Positions 40,796-55,261 of a stretch of DNA of 64,000 bases are shown here, in pieces. The stretch spans positions 125,178,001 to 125,242,000 of the forward strand of contig OX597818.1 in the NCBI GenBank assembly GCA_951406725.2, written 5' to 3'. Position 1 is the first letter of the stretch, and every line of letters starts with the position of its first letter. Source of the stretch: Octopus vulgaris. Taxonomy: Eukaryota. The notes under the pieces are model-generated. The model was not told the DNA's origin and did not search any database. It saw only the letters and a list, made by a program, of their open reading frames with translations. The translations under genes were made by a program, and so were the position numbers.

Positions 40796-40874
40796 ATATA
40801 TATATATATGGGTGGCTGTGTGGTAAGGAGATTGCTTACATGATTCAGTGTTCAGTCCTACTATAGCTTCGTTA

Positions 40875-41092
40875 CTTTCAAGTCAATAAACACAATGCTT
40901 TTTGCAGCCCCCCAAAAAGCGAGACACCGCCTTCCTTGCATAGATTGACTCCTTGTCTCTGGTTCAAAGTGATGAAGCCAATACTCATCGTGGGTTAGGA
41001 AATTTCCAAAGAAACCAGTTGGATCTGTCTGAAACAATGTCAGATTTTTCCGAGATATGATCAGCGTGCTGCGCTTTTGATCAAGTGTCAAA
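40875..41092 (-). mobile_element. mariner transposase fragment
   Basis: LTHDEYWLHHFEPETRSQSMQ; homologous to 23000-23150. Confidence 0.75.
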
Positions 41093-41100
41093 TCAAGTGT

Positions 41101-41161
<61 letters not shown>

Positions 41162-41229
41162 TGTGTGTGTGTGTGTGTTTGACTGTATTTTAGCCGTATA
41201 TATATGCAAGTGATGGTAGTTGGACTAAG

Positions 41230-41790
41230 CTACCTAAACAGAAACTTGGAGGAGAAACACTCATCGTAGTAAAAAGTTAAGAATAGGTACATATCCTGTA
41301 AATTAAATAGTGCCGCTAACTTTGTCAAGGGCATCACCTCCTGGACCTGTGATAAATATATCATATTCCTCCCAGGAGGATATGCTTCACTAGTCAGAGA
41401 TAGAAGAAAGCTACGAAATACCAGGGCAACGAAAGTAATAATGCTGCCTCTAGAATTCCACACTGTGATAGAAAATATCAATTGTGGCACTTCAGTATGG
41501 AAAATATGGCTTATAACGTAATCAACAGCTCTCCATAAATGTCCTGAAAGTGTTATCTTTCCTTGAGGCACGTAATTGTTCTTAACACTCTCCACAGTAG
41601 GATCCACAGGAAGGATCACCTTGAAGGTCATACCAGAGGCAAACCAACGTCAGAATGTATCAACACCTTTAAAAATAAGGATTTCTGGAAGAATATTCCA
41701 ATAATAACAACTCTCTGTGAACACAATAGACCTGATGTTGTTCTATGGACCGAAGAACAAAATTCATATACTGTTGTAGAGGCAGGAAAC
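41230..41790 (+). mobile_element. Degenerate RLE-type (R4-like) retrotransposon fragment
   Basis: LRHVIVLNTLHSRI...FWKNIPIITTLCEHNRPDVVLWTEEQNSYTVVE: RPD-x-E restriction-like endonuclease motif. Confidence 0.65.
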
Positions 41791-41956
41791 GAACATATAC
41801 AACTGTGATTCTCAATCGGGGTCCATATGGCCCCTGAGAGTCAATATAAGATTTTTGGGAGTACACGCAACAAAATAGTAAAATGGAGATTCATGATAGT
41901 ATTTTAAGGGCACCTGAAAAAAATGTTTCTTTAGATGTATGTATTGGTATGTATTG

Positions 41957-42354
41957 TGGAGGCGCAATTGGCCCAGTGGTTAGGGCAGCGGACTCGCGGT
42001 CGTAGGATCGCGGTTTCGATTCCCAGACCGGGCGTTGTGAGTGTTTATTGAGCGAAAACACCTAAAAGCTCCACGAGGCTCCGGCAGGGATGGTGGTGAT
42101 CCCTGCTGTACTCTTTCACCACAACTTTCTCTCACTCTTACTTCCTGTTTCTGTTGTACCTGTGTTTCTGTTGTACCTGTGTGGCCTTGTCACTCTCTGT
42201 GTCACGCTGAATATCCCCGAGAACTACGTTAAGGGTGCACGTGTCTGTGGAGTGCTCAGCCATTTACACGTTAATTTCACGAGCAGGCTGTTCCGTTGAT
42301 TCGGATCAACCGGAACCCTCGTCGTCGTAACCGACGGAGTGCTTACAATCCAAA
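41957..42354 (+). mobile_element. SINE family C
   Basis: Full head; 12-bp TSD TGGTATGTATTG (41945-41956 / 42355-42366). Confidence 0.92.
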
Positions 42355-42760
42355 TGGTATGTATTGCAAGAATCAGCTTAGTTTCTTTCCCTAACATTTT
42401 ACATAGTTCAACCTATGGAAGTTAATGTGCGAAAAGTATCTATAAAACTAGTTTTAAAACATCGGCTGGCGAGGGGTGAGGCCACCAGAATAAAATAGTA
42501 TTCAAAGAGGTTCATAGATAAAAAATACAATATATAGTAAACTAATGAGAAAATTACGCTTCTTATATTAAAGCAACAAAATTTCATTCGTACTTGTATC
42601 ATGGGTTTACTTGGCTATGCAACAACATATTTGCACTAGATACTTCCTATAAAGGGATTTTCCAAACCTCAATGACTCACTTCTTTGTAATTCGGGGAAG
42701 ATTTGCATAACGTTCACAAGATTCTCCATTTGAATTTCCTGGATTGAACACGTATGCATA

Positions 42761-42865
<105 letters not shown>

Positions 42866-43172
42866 TACATTCATACATACTCATGTGCATACATGCACAG
42901 ATACATACAGACAGGCATACATACATGCATATATACATACATATAGGCACATACATACACACACACACAAATATACATACACACGCTTATACATACATAC
43001 ATACATACACACACAGACACCCAAACACATAACACATCACATACAGAAAGATTAATGAAACAAACATACAAAAAATAGCTAGATATTTACTAGGCGGTAC
43101 CGTCTGCTGTAGCTCCTGAAAGACCAATGTCCTGTGAGTAAATAAGGTAGACGAAAACTGTGTGGAAGCCTG

Positions 43173-43251
<79 letters not shown>

Positions 43252-43364
43252 TTTATGTTTATGCTTGTCCACCCTCCTCCACCTGTCAACCGGTGTTGGG
43301 TTTTTTTTGTACCCGTAACTTAGTGGTTCGTTAAAGTGATAGTATAGAAATTAAAGTAGAAAAA

Positions 43365-43575
43365 TGACCCCACAACTTTCAAACGGTACCTGGACAAATT
43401 CCTCCAGGAAATTCCGGATAAACCACCTACACCTGGATACGTCTCAACCAACAACAACAACTCTCTGCTCGAGTGGTCCATGGTGTCCCGGAATAATTAA
43501 CTAAAAGACTTTTCCAGGTGGTGCTATTGAGTTAGTCATAGCTTGGGCCGATAATAACCGAAGCTAATCTAAATT
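43365..43575 (+). mobile_element. 3' end of a second CR1-group LINE, inside a degenerate family A SINE
   Basis: DPTTFKRYLDKFLQEIPDKPPTPGYVSTNNNNSLLEW. Confidence 0.65.
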
Positions 43576-43750
43576 ATGTAAGTACTGACCTTAAAAATTC
43601 AATACTGTGAGTGATTTGTTCGACTTCTAGGCGTTGCACCAGCATGGCCGTGGGGCGCTAATTGAAACAAGTTTTAAAATAAAAGACAAATATATCATAT
43701 CATTATATGAGTGCAACTATATTCATACATATATTTATATATATGTATAT

Positions 43751-44137
43751 GATGGAAGCACTCCGTCGGTTACGACGATGAGGGTTCCGGTTGATCCGAA
43801 TCAACGGAACAGCCTGCTCGTGAAATTAACGTGTAAGTGGCTGAGCACTCCACAGACACGTGTACCCTTAACGTAGTTCTCGGGGATATTCAGCGTGACA
43901 CAGAGAGTGACAAGGCCACACAGGTACAACAGAAACACAGGTACAACAGAAACAGGAAGTAAGAGAAAGTTGTGGTGAAAGAGTACAGCAGGGATCACCA
44001 CCATCCCCTGCAGGAGCCTTGTGGAGCTTTTAGGTGTTTTCGCTCAATAAACACTCACAACGCCCGGTCTGGGAATCGAAACCGCGATCCTACGACCGCG
44101 AGTCCGCTGCCCTAACCACTGGGCCATTGCGCCTCCA
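43751..44137 (-). mobile_element. SINE family C
   Basis: Reverse complement of the 41957 copy; flanked by ATATATGTATAT on both sides. Confidence 0.92.
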
Positions 44138-44254
44138 CATATATGTATATATGTAGTATTGACTGCAACCCCGCCCCTCAAAAATAAACAAAACCAAAAT
44201 CCTTGTTACTTTGTTAATCACCGGTTTGAAATCTGCAGAGAATTTAATTTAGTC

Positions 44255-44322
<68 letters not shown>

Positions 44323-45469
44323 TATATGCGTACATGCATACATACACAGTTAATGTCAGAATTCCAGTGAAACAGTTCTGTTCGTAGGTGGGAATCGGGT
44401 TTCTTTTTTTATCGGTGAGAAATTTTAAAAATAAAACTAGAACATAAGATTCACACACATACAGGCAGATACACACGCACGCACGCACACACACACATAT
44501 ACACACACACTCACATACACACACACACACAGCCAGAGTATACGCACATATTAGTGTGTTTACACTTCGATATTTGTGTGTGTGTGTAGGAGAGAAAAAG
44601 AAGGAGGAATTATTATTTTCGCTGACATTTAACCGAAATGAATGATTGTCTTATAATAAATCTTTCTTCACCATCGCTGTTAGGACTACGAAGGCTAACC
44701 ATTATCCCCACCACTACCATTAGCATCGACGACACCCCAATCAGTGGTTCCATCGCTATCACAACCAACGCCAACAGCACCATCATCAGCAGCAGCACCA
44801 CCATCACAAGCAGCAACACCTTCATTAGCACTTCCAATATTGTTAGCATCACAACGACTCCATAACTAACATTTCATTCACCACCAATTTTACCACAAGA
44901 TGTCGGTGCGTGGTAGGTTTGTTTGATTTGATACAACACCCAAATCTCTCACACATTTTACGCTACCGTTCAGAAAGAATAAAAGCCATATCGTTGTGGA
45001 ATGTATTCTTAGGTAAACAAAAATACTGGCAGGTCATGGTTGGAACCAGAGCCTATAAGTCTGAGAAACAGCCAGCACATTTGCACCAGTGTGCTGAGAA
45101 CCAAGGAAGGGCACGTGACTTAAAATCTCGCAAGTGTGACTTTGCTCGCCAAATAGACTTTACTTGGTGGTCAATGAAAATTAAAACCGGTCATTTTTAC
45201 CAATATTTCGTTGAATTTTCATTAAAGATTTGTATAAAAATGACAATATTACCGCAAGCTTATATATCAGAATCGTTAGCACGCCAGACAAAATGATTAG
45301 CTGCATGTCGTCCGTCTGCACGCTCTGAATTCAAATTCCACCGAGGTCGACTTTGCCTTTCATCCTTTCGAGATCGATAAAATAAGTGCCAGCTGAGTAT
45401 TGGGCTCGATCTAATCGACTATCCTCCTCTGTCAAATTTCAGGCCTTATGCCTGAAATGGATTATTACA

Positions 45470-45977
<508 letters not shown>

Positions 45978-46734
45978 ACAGTTTACTAAGAATATGCCTT
46001 TCTATTAGAGCAATAATACTAAAGTGTGTCCCTAAGAAAGGTGATTCATCAGACCTTTCCAGCAAACACCTTAATGCACTCGCTTCCAACATCTCAAAAA
46101 TGATGGCGATTGTCGTAAACAATTTTCTTCATAACCTTCAATCTCTTTTCCTCCTTAATAACTACTAATATGGCTTCTGTAGTGGAGGCGTATACCGTAG
46201 TGGTTACGGTATTGGGCACATGATCGTAAGATTGTGGTTTCGATTCCTGGACCGGGCGATGCGTTGTGTTCTTGAGCAAAACACTTCATTTCACAATCCT
46301 TCAGTCTATTGTACTGGAAAAAAATGAGTAATCCTACGATGGACTGGCGTCTCGTCCAAGGAAGAATATATACACCAGAGAAATCGGGAAACCGGCTTTA
46401 TGCTCCTTGCAGAGTAATGTGGACTAACCAATATGGCTTTCTTAAAGTCACATCCACCAGAGAAGTTCTCTCTTATGTTATTCACCATTGGGCCTCAGTT
46501 AAAAATGTGATGAAAAACAGTATTGGGGTTCCCCTCATTAGCAATGCTTTCGGCCATGTGTACCATGTAAATCTCCTGTGAAAACGACCTAACTGTGAAC
46601 TTCATTCATTTCTTGTTTCTTAGCACTATGATTTGTCAGATACACTCTCTCGACGTGTGCTAATAGAACGTTCTCTCCCCCTCTCTCTCTCTCTGGTTCA
46701 CACACACTCTCTCTCTCTGGTTCACACACTCTCT

Positions 46735-47090
46735 CATCAACTGTGGACTGCTCCAGGGTTTGCTTTTAACTACATACACTTCCTCTTATACTCTAATGAC
46801 CTGTCACTTTCAGCTCTATCCACTCCTATGCAAATGATATCGCTCTTCACTACTCCGTAACTTTCCTAACACCATCGATATGCAACATAGACATCTAATC
46901 CTAAACCTACACGGAATCCATGAATAGTGGCTTTGAAAACAATCCCCAGCTACGGCATGCCAGTCTTGTCTCATTCAACCCCACAAAAGTTCATTCACTA
47001 TACATACAATCTAAACCTTATACTTCACTAAACATGAACAGAACGCAACTAAAAAGCTCAAAATCATTACAAATGCTAAACACCTCTACC
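46735..47090 (+). pseudogene. Highly degenerate LINE reverse transcriptase remnant
   Basis: CGLLQG...FLLYSNDL...HSYANDIAL...LVSFNPTK resembles GVPQGS/LYINDL/YADD/FNxxK, with frameshifts. Confidence 0.5.
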
Positions 47091-47119
47091 ACATTTTAAC
47101 CTCTAACCCACAGACATGC

Positions 47120-47455
47120 AGTATCATGGCTCAATAGTTAGGGCCTCGGGCTTACAATCATGAGGTAGTGAGTTCGATTCATGGACCAGGCTCTGTTGTG
47201 TTCTTCAGCAAGACACTTTATTTCACGTTGTTCCAGTTCACTCAGCCGTAGAAATGAGTTGTGACATCACTGGTGCCAAGCTGTATCGGCCTTTACCTTT
47301 CCCTTGGATATCGTTGATGACATGGAGAGAGGAGGTTGGTATGCATGGGTTACAGCTGGTCTTCCATAAAAAAAACATGCCCGGATTTGTTCCTCGGAGG
47401 ATATCTTTCTAGGTTTAATCCCAAGGTTATTCATGACCGAGGAGGGTCTTTGCCC
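47120..47455 (+). mobile_element. tRNA-derived SINE (family C-like head/core, different tail)
   Basis: TGGCTCAATAGTTAGG, GAGTTCGATTC and GCAAGACACTTTATTTCACGTTG. Confidence 0.65.
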
Positions 47456-47824
47456 TACTGCTACTAGAGTGGTCTCTTCTCCCCAGTGCTTGTTGGTTTC
47501 GAACCATCTTCCTCAAACTCTTACGGGTCGTCTGTCCGCCTCTCGCCCTTCACATTATGTCCAACAACCCCATTGCTCATAACAGCCATTACTCTCATTT
47601 CTTCATATCTTGAATGTTGTCCCTTTGGAATTCCTTCTATATACATGCTCTTTTTTTTTTTTTTTTTTTTACTTATTTTCTGCAACCGTCGATTTGCGAC
47701 AAAGAGAAACATGAACCCTACCGATCTCATTAATTTAGGGGGCGGGGACTGCGAAGACCATGGTCACAGCTTCTCCTAGTGAAACAAAAGAAGAAGAAAA
47801 TACCCCGTCTCCTCGGCAGCACTA

Positions 47825-48227
47825 TCTTTTATCGTTTACCTGTTTCAGTCATTAGACTGCGATCATGCTGGGGCACCGCCTTGAATTTTTGGTCGAATAA
47901 ATCGACCTCAGTACTTAGTTTTTAAGCCTGGTACTTATTCTATTGGTCTCTTAGGGCGAACCGCTATGTTACAGGGGTGTAAACACACCAACACCGGTTG
48001 TCAAGTGGTGATAGGGGGGACAAACACACACTCAAGCACACACACATACATATATATATATAACGGGCTTCTTTCAGTTTCCGTCTACCAAATCCATTCA
48101 CTAAACTTTGGTCGACCCGAGGCTATAGTAGAAGACACTTGCCCACGATGCCAGGTAGTGGGACTGAACCTGGAAGGATGTGGTTGGAAAGTAAGCTTCT
48201 TCCCACTTAACCAACCATTCCTGCGCC
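47825..48227 (-). mobile_element. SINE family A, older
   Basis: Reverse-complement homology. Confidence 0.8.
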
Positions 48228-49232
48228 TATGCCCTTGCTGAAATATTTATGCTAGTTATTTGTACAATTTCATTAATAAGGTGGTGTCAAGTTATTCTAC
48301 TTCGTTATCACAATGCTTCAAGAAAGCTCCAACGCTCTTCCTACATCCATACCTATGTAAATACATGTGTGTGTGTGTGTATGTGTGTGTGTGTCTGTGT
48401 ATGAGCCCACACGCGTGCATGTATGCGTATGTGTGCATGTTTATACTGTTTATACGTGTGTATGAAGGTGTGTCTATATATGTATATTGTTCATCAACTT
48501 TGGAATTATCGGAATGTCATACACCTGTATAACAATTGTTTAGAAACGATTTCGTCAGTTGTAGGTGCGTTAAGTGTGAATGTATTTTGTCTATATGTGT
48601 GTGTGTGTGTGTGCGTGTGTAAGAGAAGGAGAGAGAAAGAGATAGAAAAAGAAAGAGAGAAAGAGAGAGATTAATGACACATTTTCATGAATGATAACGA
48701 AAGACTAATAAAATGAATGACTAATATAAATTTATGAAGAAAGGAAACCACCGTGAAATGTTTCTATCGTTACTTCGTTTATAAGGTAAGCAATTACAAG
48801 CACAATCAACACACAAACCAACAATGATGCCTTTGCATGGTCTTTCGATTTGCTAGAAATAACAACCGAATATGTGTCAAAAATGGTGTTATTGTCTGCT
48901 TGTAACCTTATCTGTGAGATAGAAGGGCAAGTTCACGTTCATGTGTGGTCTTTGACACATGAATGTCCGATTTTCAAAATTTCAAGCTTAACAGCAGAAA
49001 GAACAACAACCTATTGTCATCACCACGACCATAACGACAACAAGAATAGCATCACCATGTTCTTTCTACATATTTATATCAGTTCCTACAACAAGTCATA
49101 TTTCGTCATAAAGCAACGAAGCAACATACTGAAAAATAACAACACAATTTCCCTGAAATCAGAACCACACCTCTTAAAATGGAAGGGCCACTTTTCAGAA
49201 GGTAGTCCTACATTTACGAAAAGATACTGAAT

Positions 49233-49394
49233 GGCGCAGGAGTGGCTGTGTGGTAAGTAGCTTGTTTACCAACCACATGGTTCCGGGTTCAGTCCCACTG
49301 CGTGGCACCTTGGGCAAGTGTCTTCTACTATAGCCTCGGGCCGACCAAAGCCTTGTGGGTGGATTTGGTAGACGGAAACTGAAAGAAGCCCGTC

Positions 49395-49451
<57 letters not shown>

Positions 49452-49671
49452 TGTGTGTGTTTGTGTGTGTGTGTTTGTCCCCCTAGCATTGCTTGACAAC
49501 CGATGCTGGTGTGTTTACGTCCCTGTTACTTAGCGGTTCGGCAAAAGAGACCGATAGAATAAGTACTAGGCTTACAAAAGAATAAGTCCCGGGGTCGAGT
49601 TGCTCGATTAAAGGCGGTGCTCCAGCATGGCCGCAGTTAAATGACTGAAACAAGTAAAAGAGAGTAAAAGA
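49233..49671 (+). mobile_element. SINE family A, full length
   Basis: Complete head to tail. Confidence 0.92.
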
Positions 49672-50267
49672 GGTCCATAGCTGCAATGCCTTTGAGCATA
49701 AGTCTGCTCGATAAGGATTGATAACACACCAATGTCACACTCTAGCAAGTTATCTGAAAAATTAGTGTGAATGATGAGTATTATTTGAATGAGCGAATGA
49801 ACTTATTCGCGATATGGGAATATAGGTCATGAAGTGAATGAATGCTTTTGATGTTCGGAACAACCCGAGATTCATATGAAGTTCATTGATTGTCTCCTCG
49901 TCTTTGGTAATGGGAGTTAACTGAAATATATCTGTGGTTTCCTTAATGTCTCTTACGTGTCTGATAATTTCTATTAGAACAATTATATTGTAAATAATTT
50001 CATTGTGTGTGTGTTTGATGGGTTTTTTTTCAAAGGAATCTAATGCTCTTAGCTTAGTTTTTCCTTGGGGCGGGCCAGATTGGAGCAATCTCAAGATTAA
50101 TCAGCCGAAATTGCGAGGATGATCCGGTTCTTGACTGAAGATAAAAGGCTTCGAATGACCCGTCCGTGTTTTTTTGTGTATCGTCTATCTGGATGTTTTG
50201 TTGTCCCTTTTTGTATCACGTAGTTGTCCAGATGTTTTGCATTCTTGTCCCATTTTGTATTTTATTA

Positions 50268-50330
<63 letters not shown>

Positions 50331-50331
50331 A

Positions 50332-50398
<67 letters not shown>

Positions 50399-50400
<2 letters not shown>

Positions 50401-50710
50401 GGCAAGTGTATTCTACTATAGCCTCGGGCCGACCAAATCCTTGTGAGTGGATTTGGTAAACGGAAACTGAAAGAAGCCCGTCGTATATGTGTGTATATAT
50501 ATATATATGAGTGTGTATATGTTTGTATGTCTGTGTTTGTCAGCATCGCTTGACAACCGATGCTGGTGTGTTTACGCCCCTGTAACTTAGTCGTTCGGCA
50601 AAAAGACCGATAGAATAAGTAGTAGGCTTAGAAAAAGTACCGGGGTCGATTTGCTCGTCTAAAGGCAGTGCTCCAGCATGGCCGCAGTCAATTGACTGAA
50701 ACAAGTAAAA

Positions 50711-50787
<77 letters not shown>

Positions 50788-51192
50788 TAGTACAAATTTT
50801 TATTGTTATATTTGTTTCAGTCATTCGACTGCGGCCATGTTGGGACACCACCTGAAAGGATTTTAGTTGAATGAATCAACCCCAGTACTTATTGCTTTTT
50901 AAAGCCCGGTACTTATTTTCTCGGTCCTTTTTGCCTAATTGCTAAGTTACGGGGATGTAAACACACCAGCACCGGTTGTGAAGCACCAGTTGACAAACAC
51001 AAACACACGACATATATGCATGTATATACGGCAAGTTTCTTCCAGTCTCCGTCTACCGAATCCACTCACAAGTTTTTGCTTGGCCCGAGGCTGTACTAGA
51101 AGACACTTGCTCAAGGTGTCGCGCAATGGGACTGAACCCGGAACCATGTGGTTGAGATGCCAACTTCTTACCACAAAGCCACACCTGCGCCC
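50399..51192. mobile_element. Two family A SINEs tail-to-tail (50399-50712 +, 50810-51192 -)
   Basis: Opposite-strand homology across a (TA)n tract. Confidence 0.8.
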
Positions 51193-51231
51193 ATATTATA
51201 AGCATACTTTTTAAAAAACAAAACCTTATAT

Positions 51232-51508
<277 letters not shown>

Positions 51509-52383
51509 GGGTGTTGTACTGACATTTCTTTCCGCTGCTAACGTCTTGAGTTCAAATTCAGACTCGATGAACTTTCTCTTTCGTCTCTCAGGGGGGTCGA
51601 TAAAATAAAGTACCAGCCAAGTACAAGTTTTATGGTATCGACTAATTTGCTGGCCATGTTCCTAATTCAGACACATTTATTACAAAGGGCGGTAGATTAG
51701 CAGAACCACTTTTGTTAAATAATCGACCCGATGTCTACATTTAATCTATATTAACTTCTTATACAGACATTTTCTAGAAGAGCAACTCTGATGCAAGTTT
51801 CAATGGTTATACATCAGTTTAGCGGAGAAAAGGAGAGATAAGTGTGGGAACGTGGATGTATAGGTCGGTATTATGTGATTTCTGTATATGTCGCAATAAA
51901 AATGTGTGTACGTTGCAAGTCGAGTTGTAGATGTATATCTGCAAATGTATGTGTACATGTGCGTAAAATTATGTTTTAAACATTGATTCAGCTCTTTTTA
52001 CGCGAGATTTTGAATGCGTATGTACGTGTACATGTGTGTGTATATGCATGCAGTATATACAGTTCTACTTAAAGTATTGATTCATCATTTTTGTTCGTAC
52101 GTGTGTGTGTGTGTGTGTGGTGCGGAAATCCACGCTAATGTACGAATGGATCTGATTGCAACATTCAGAAAAGCCAATTGAGGCACACCAACTCCTACTA
52201 CTGTAATATAAGTCTCTTCGAAGTGGTGGTTATTACTACCCCCCTTCTTCCCCCTCTCTTCCTTCTCCGCCACCTCCGCCTCTCTATTTCTGTTTTACTT
52301 TTTAATTCTTTCTCCGGCCTACACATTTCTCATTCAATAACACTCTAGCTTCTCTGTCTGTCTGCCTGTCTCTGTCTGTCTAG

Positions 52384-52436
<53 letters not shown>

Positions 52437-52730
52437 CCCCTCTCTCTCTCCCATTGACAAAACTTCGTTTTTATATCTCTTCTGACGGTAGCAGGCTTCC
52501 AACCGTGGTAACATGTAAGATTCAATATTTGTGTACCATACAAAAGACTGCAGTATGTTTTATGATGTAAAGTTAAAAGAGGAAGTCAACCGTTCGTATC
52601 CCAGTGTTGCTCTTGCTACCGATCTCTTCTTTTATTTTCATAAATTAAATTATGACGGATTATTTAGATTAACGATGGTGAGAACTTATTTTAATGAAAC
52701 GGAGTAACTGAGTTTACAATCTCTCCTTAC

Positions 52731-52993
52731 AACCTCGGCGGAATTTGAACTAAGAACCATAACGGCAGACGAAATACCTATTTCTTTACTACCCACAGAG
52801 AGGAAAAACAAAGACACAAACGGATTAAGTCGATTACATCGACCCCAGTGCGTAACTGGTACTTAATTTATCGACCCCGAAAGGATGAAAGGCAAAGTCG
52901 ACCTCGGCGGAATTTGAACTCCGAACGTAACGGCAGACGAAATCCGGCTACGCATTTCGCCCGGCGTGCTAACGGTTCTGCCAGCTCGCCGCC
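52731..52993 (-). mobile_element. SINE family B with a partial second unit
   Basis: Head plus core homology. Confidence 0.82.
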
Positions 52994-53043
52994 TTAACAA
53001 TAATAATAATGATAATAATAATAATATTAATAGCAACAACTAC

Positions 53044-53089
<46 letters not shown>

Positions 53090-53415
53090 TGCCTTGCGAC
53101 TTTTGCTTCCGTTGTTTACGGGCTGAGTTCGAATCCTGCCGTGGATGACTTGCTCTTCCCCACTTTCGTGGTCGATATTTCAGGTCTTATGCTTATATTG
53201 GTTTCAAATTTTGGCACAAGGCCAAGAATTTCGGGGATGGAGGTAAGTCGATTACATCCTCTCCAGTACTCAATCGGTACTTATATTATCGGCTTATATA
53301 TATATATATATATATATAACGGGAAGGTTTACGAAAATAAACAAAAGACGAATGCAGGTGGAGTACAAACAAACAAATGTATTAGTATGGCGCTCAGGAA
53401 TAGAAATAGAACAAG

Positions 53416-53453
53416 TCTTTTACGTTTCGAGCCTACGCTCTTCAACAGAAAGA
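53416..53453 (-). ncRNA. Minimal hammerhead-like motif in a P1-related module (~53318-53530)
   Basis: Reverse complement TCTTT-CTGTTGA-AGAGCGTAGGCTC-GAAAC-GTA-AAAGA; one core substitution. Confidence 0.55.
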
Positions 53454-54370
53454 TACTCAGAAAAAAAACAAGGAGAGAAACAAGGAGAGAAAAAAATGCG
53501 TGTAGGAGCTAACGATCTATCATGGCGTTCTGACTTCGGCCGGTTAAAAGTTTCTCTTTGCAAACAGCTTGGTTCCTTAGGAAATGCCTTCGATTATAAC
53601 CTTAATCGACCAATACTTTGGACATAAAATCTCAATATCAGGAAATACATATGTGCATGCACCCGCGCGCGCGTGTGTCATGTCTGCGTGCGTGCATGTG
53701 CGTGTGTGCGTGCGTAACGATGTTACATGCTGTATCGAGCAGTCGTTGTGCATGCTTTCTAGTTTTGCTCCAAAGGGACATAACTCAATACGCAGCCTAT
53801 TCTTTACCCAATCCTTAAATATATTCGGTTTAAGGAGTACGAGAATATGTTGGATTATGGCGGTCAGGACAGGTAAGATGGCAGAGGCATCTGTGGTGTG
53901 GGAGAGCACAAGAGGAAAGATAGCAGAAGGTAGAGTATCCAAGGTAGTGGACAAAATGCTTTATAATCTCTCTTTTACTCTCTTTTATTAGTTTCAGTCA
54001 TTTGACTGCGGCCATGCTGGAGCACCGTTTTATTTTATTGTATTTTTTTACTGGTCTCATTCATTCAAACTAAGCAAGATCGAAGCTCCCTGTCTTCACC
54101 CTACCAAAACACGCACGATCGATAAAACAAGTATCTTCCACGTACTGAAGCCAGTTTTATTGTCTCTGCCATCCTCCAAAATATGTCTATTTAGTTATGG
54201 CACTTTTTTGCATCTCTGAGTCCAAGTCTTGCTGAAGTTATCTTAACTATTAATCCTTCCTTCCGCCCTTGTTAAAATAAAATGCCAGTCAAATACTAGA
54301 GCCGATTTAATCAACAAGTCCCTTTCCTCAAATTTCTTGTAGTTATGTTGGAATTATTATTCCAGCTCGA

Positions 54371-55065
54371 GGCGGCGAGCTGGCAGAAACGTTAGCACGC
54401 CGGGCGAAATGCTTTGCGGTAGTTCGTACCCCGTTACGTTGTGAGTTCAAATTCCGCCAAGGTCGACTTTGCCTTTCATCCTTTCGGGGTCGATAAATCA
54501 AGTACCAGTTACGCACTGGGGTCGATATAATCGACTTAACCCCTTTGTCTGTCCTTGTTTATCCCCTCTGTGTTTAGCCCCTTGTGAGTAATAAAGAAAT
54601 ATGTATTTCGTCTGCCGCTACGTTCTGAGTTCAAATTCCGCCGAGGTCGACTTTGCCTTTCATCCTTTCGGGGTCGATAAATCAAGTACCAGTTACGCAC
54701 TGGGGTCGATGTAATCGACTTTATCCGTTTGTGTCGTTGTTTGTCCTCTCTGTGTTTAGCGACTTGTGGGTAGTAAAGAAATGGGGTCGATTAAATAAGT
54801 ACCAGTTACGCACTGGGGTCGATATAATCGACCTAATTCATTTGTCTGTCCTTGTTTGTCCCTTCTGTGTGTAGCCCCTTGTGGCTAGTAAAGAAATATG
54901 TATTTCGTCTGTCGTTACGTTCTGAGTTCAAATTCCGCCGAGGTCGACTTCGCCTTTCATCTTTTCGGAGTCGATTAAATAAGTACCAGTTACGCACTGG
55001 GGTCGATATAATCGACTTAATCCGTTTGTCTGTCCTTGTTTGTCCTCTCCGTGTGTAGCCCCTTG
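54371..55065 (+). mobile_element. SINE family B tandem multimer (~4 units)
   Basis: One head, then units at ~54418, ~54603, ~54783 (partial) and ~54900. Confidence 0.9.
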
Positions 55066-55261
55066 TTCTTTAGATATGCATTTTTATGAGAATTTTCATT
55101 TCCTTTTCTTGTATTCTTTCTTTCTGTCTCTTTAAGTTTTTCCTTTCATTCATTTATTCTTCTCCTTATCTATTCTTTTACTTTCTTTCTTTCTTTTTTC
55201 CTTCCTCTCCAGCATTCTTTTAACCATTTACTCTTTCAATATTCCTCTTTTTCAGTTTTAG

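Noticed and set aside
41958-42035. tRNA-like sequence
   Set aside because: A/B boxes are present, but it continues into a SINE body with TSDs and I could not form a proper acceptor stem; it is a SINE head.
44613-44865. Hydrophobic or Ser/Thr-rich ORFs on both strands
   Set aside because: Degenerate CAN-type trinucleotide low-complexity tract with no splice or family evidence.
53750-53880. Possible upstream exon ending at CAG|GTAAGA
   Set aside because: The phase-0 frame hits a stop about 13 codons upstream and shows no rolling-stone-like residues.
54371-55065. Regular repeats resembling a CRISPR array
   Set aside because: Long tandem SINE units with no unique spacers and no cas genes, in a eukaryotic context.
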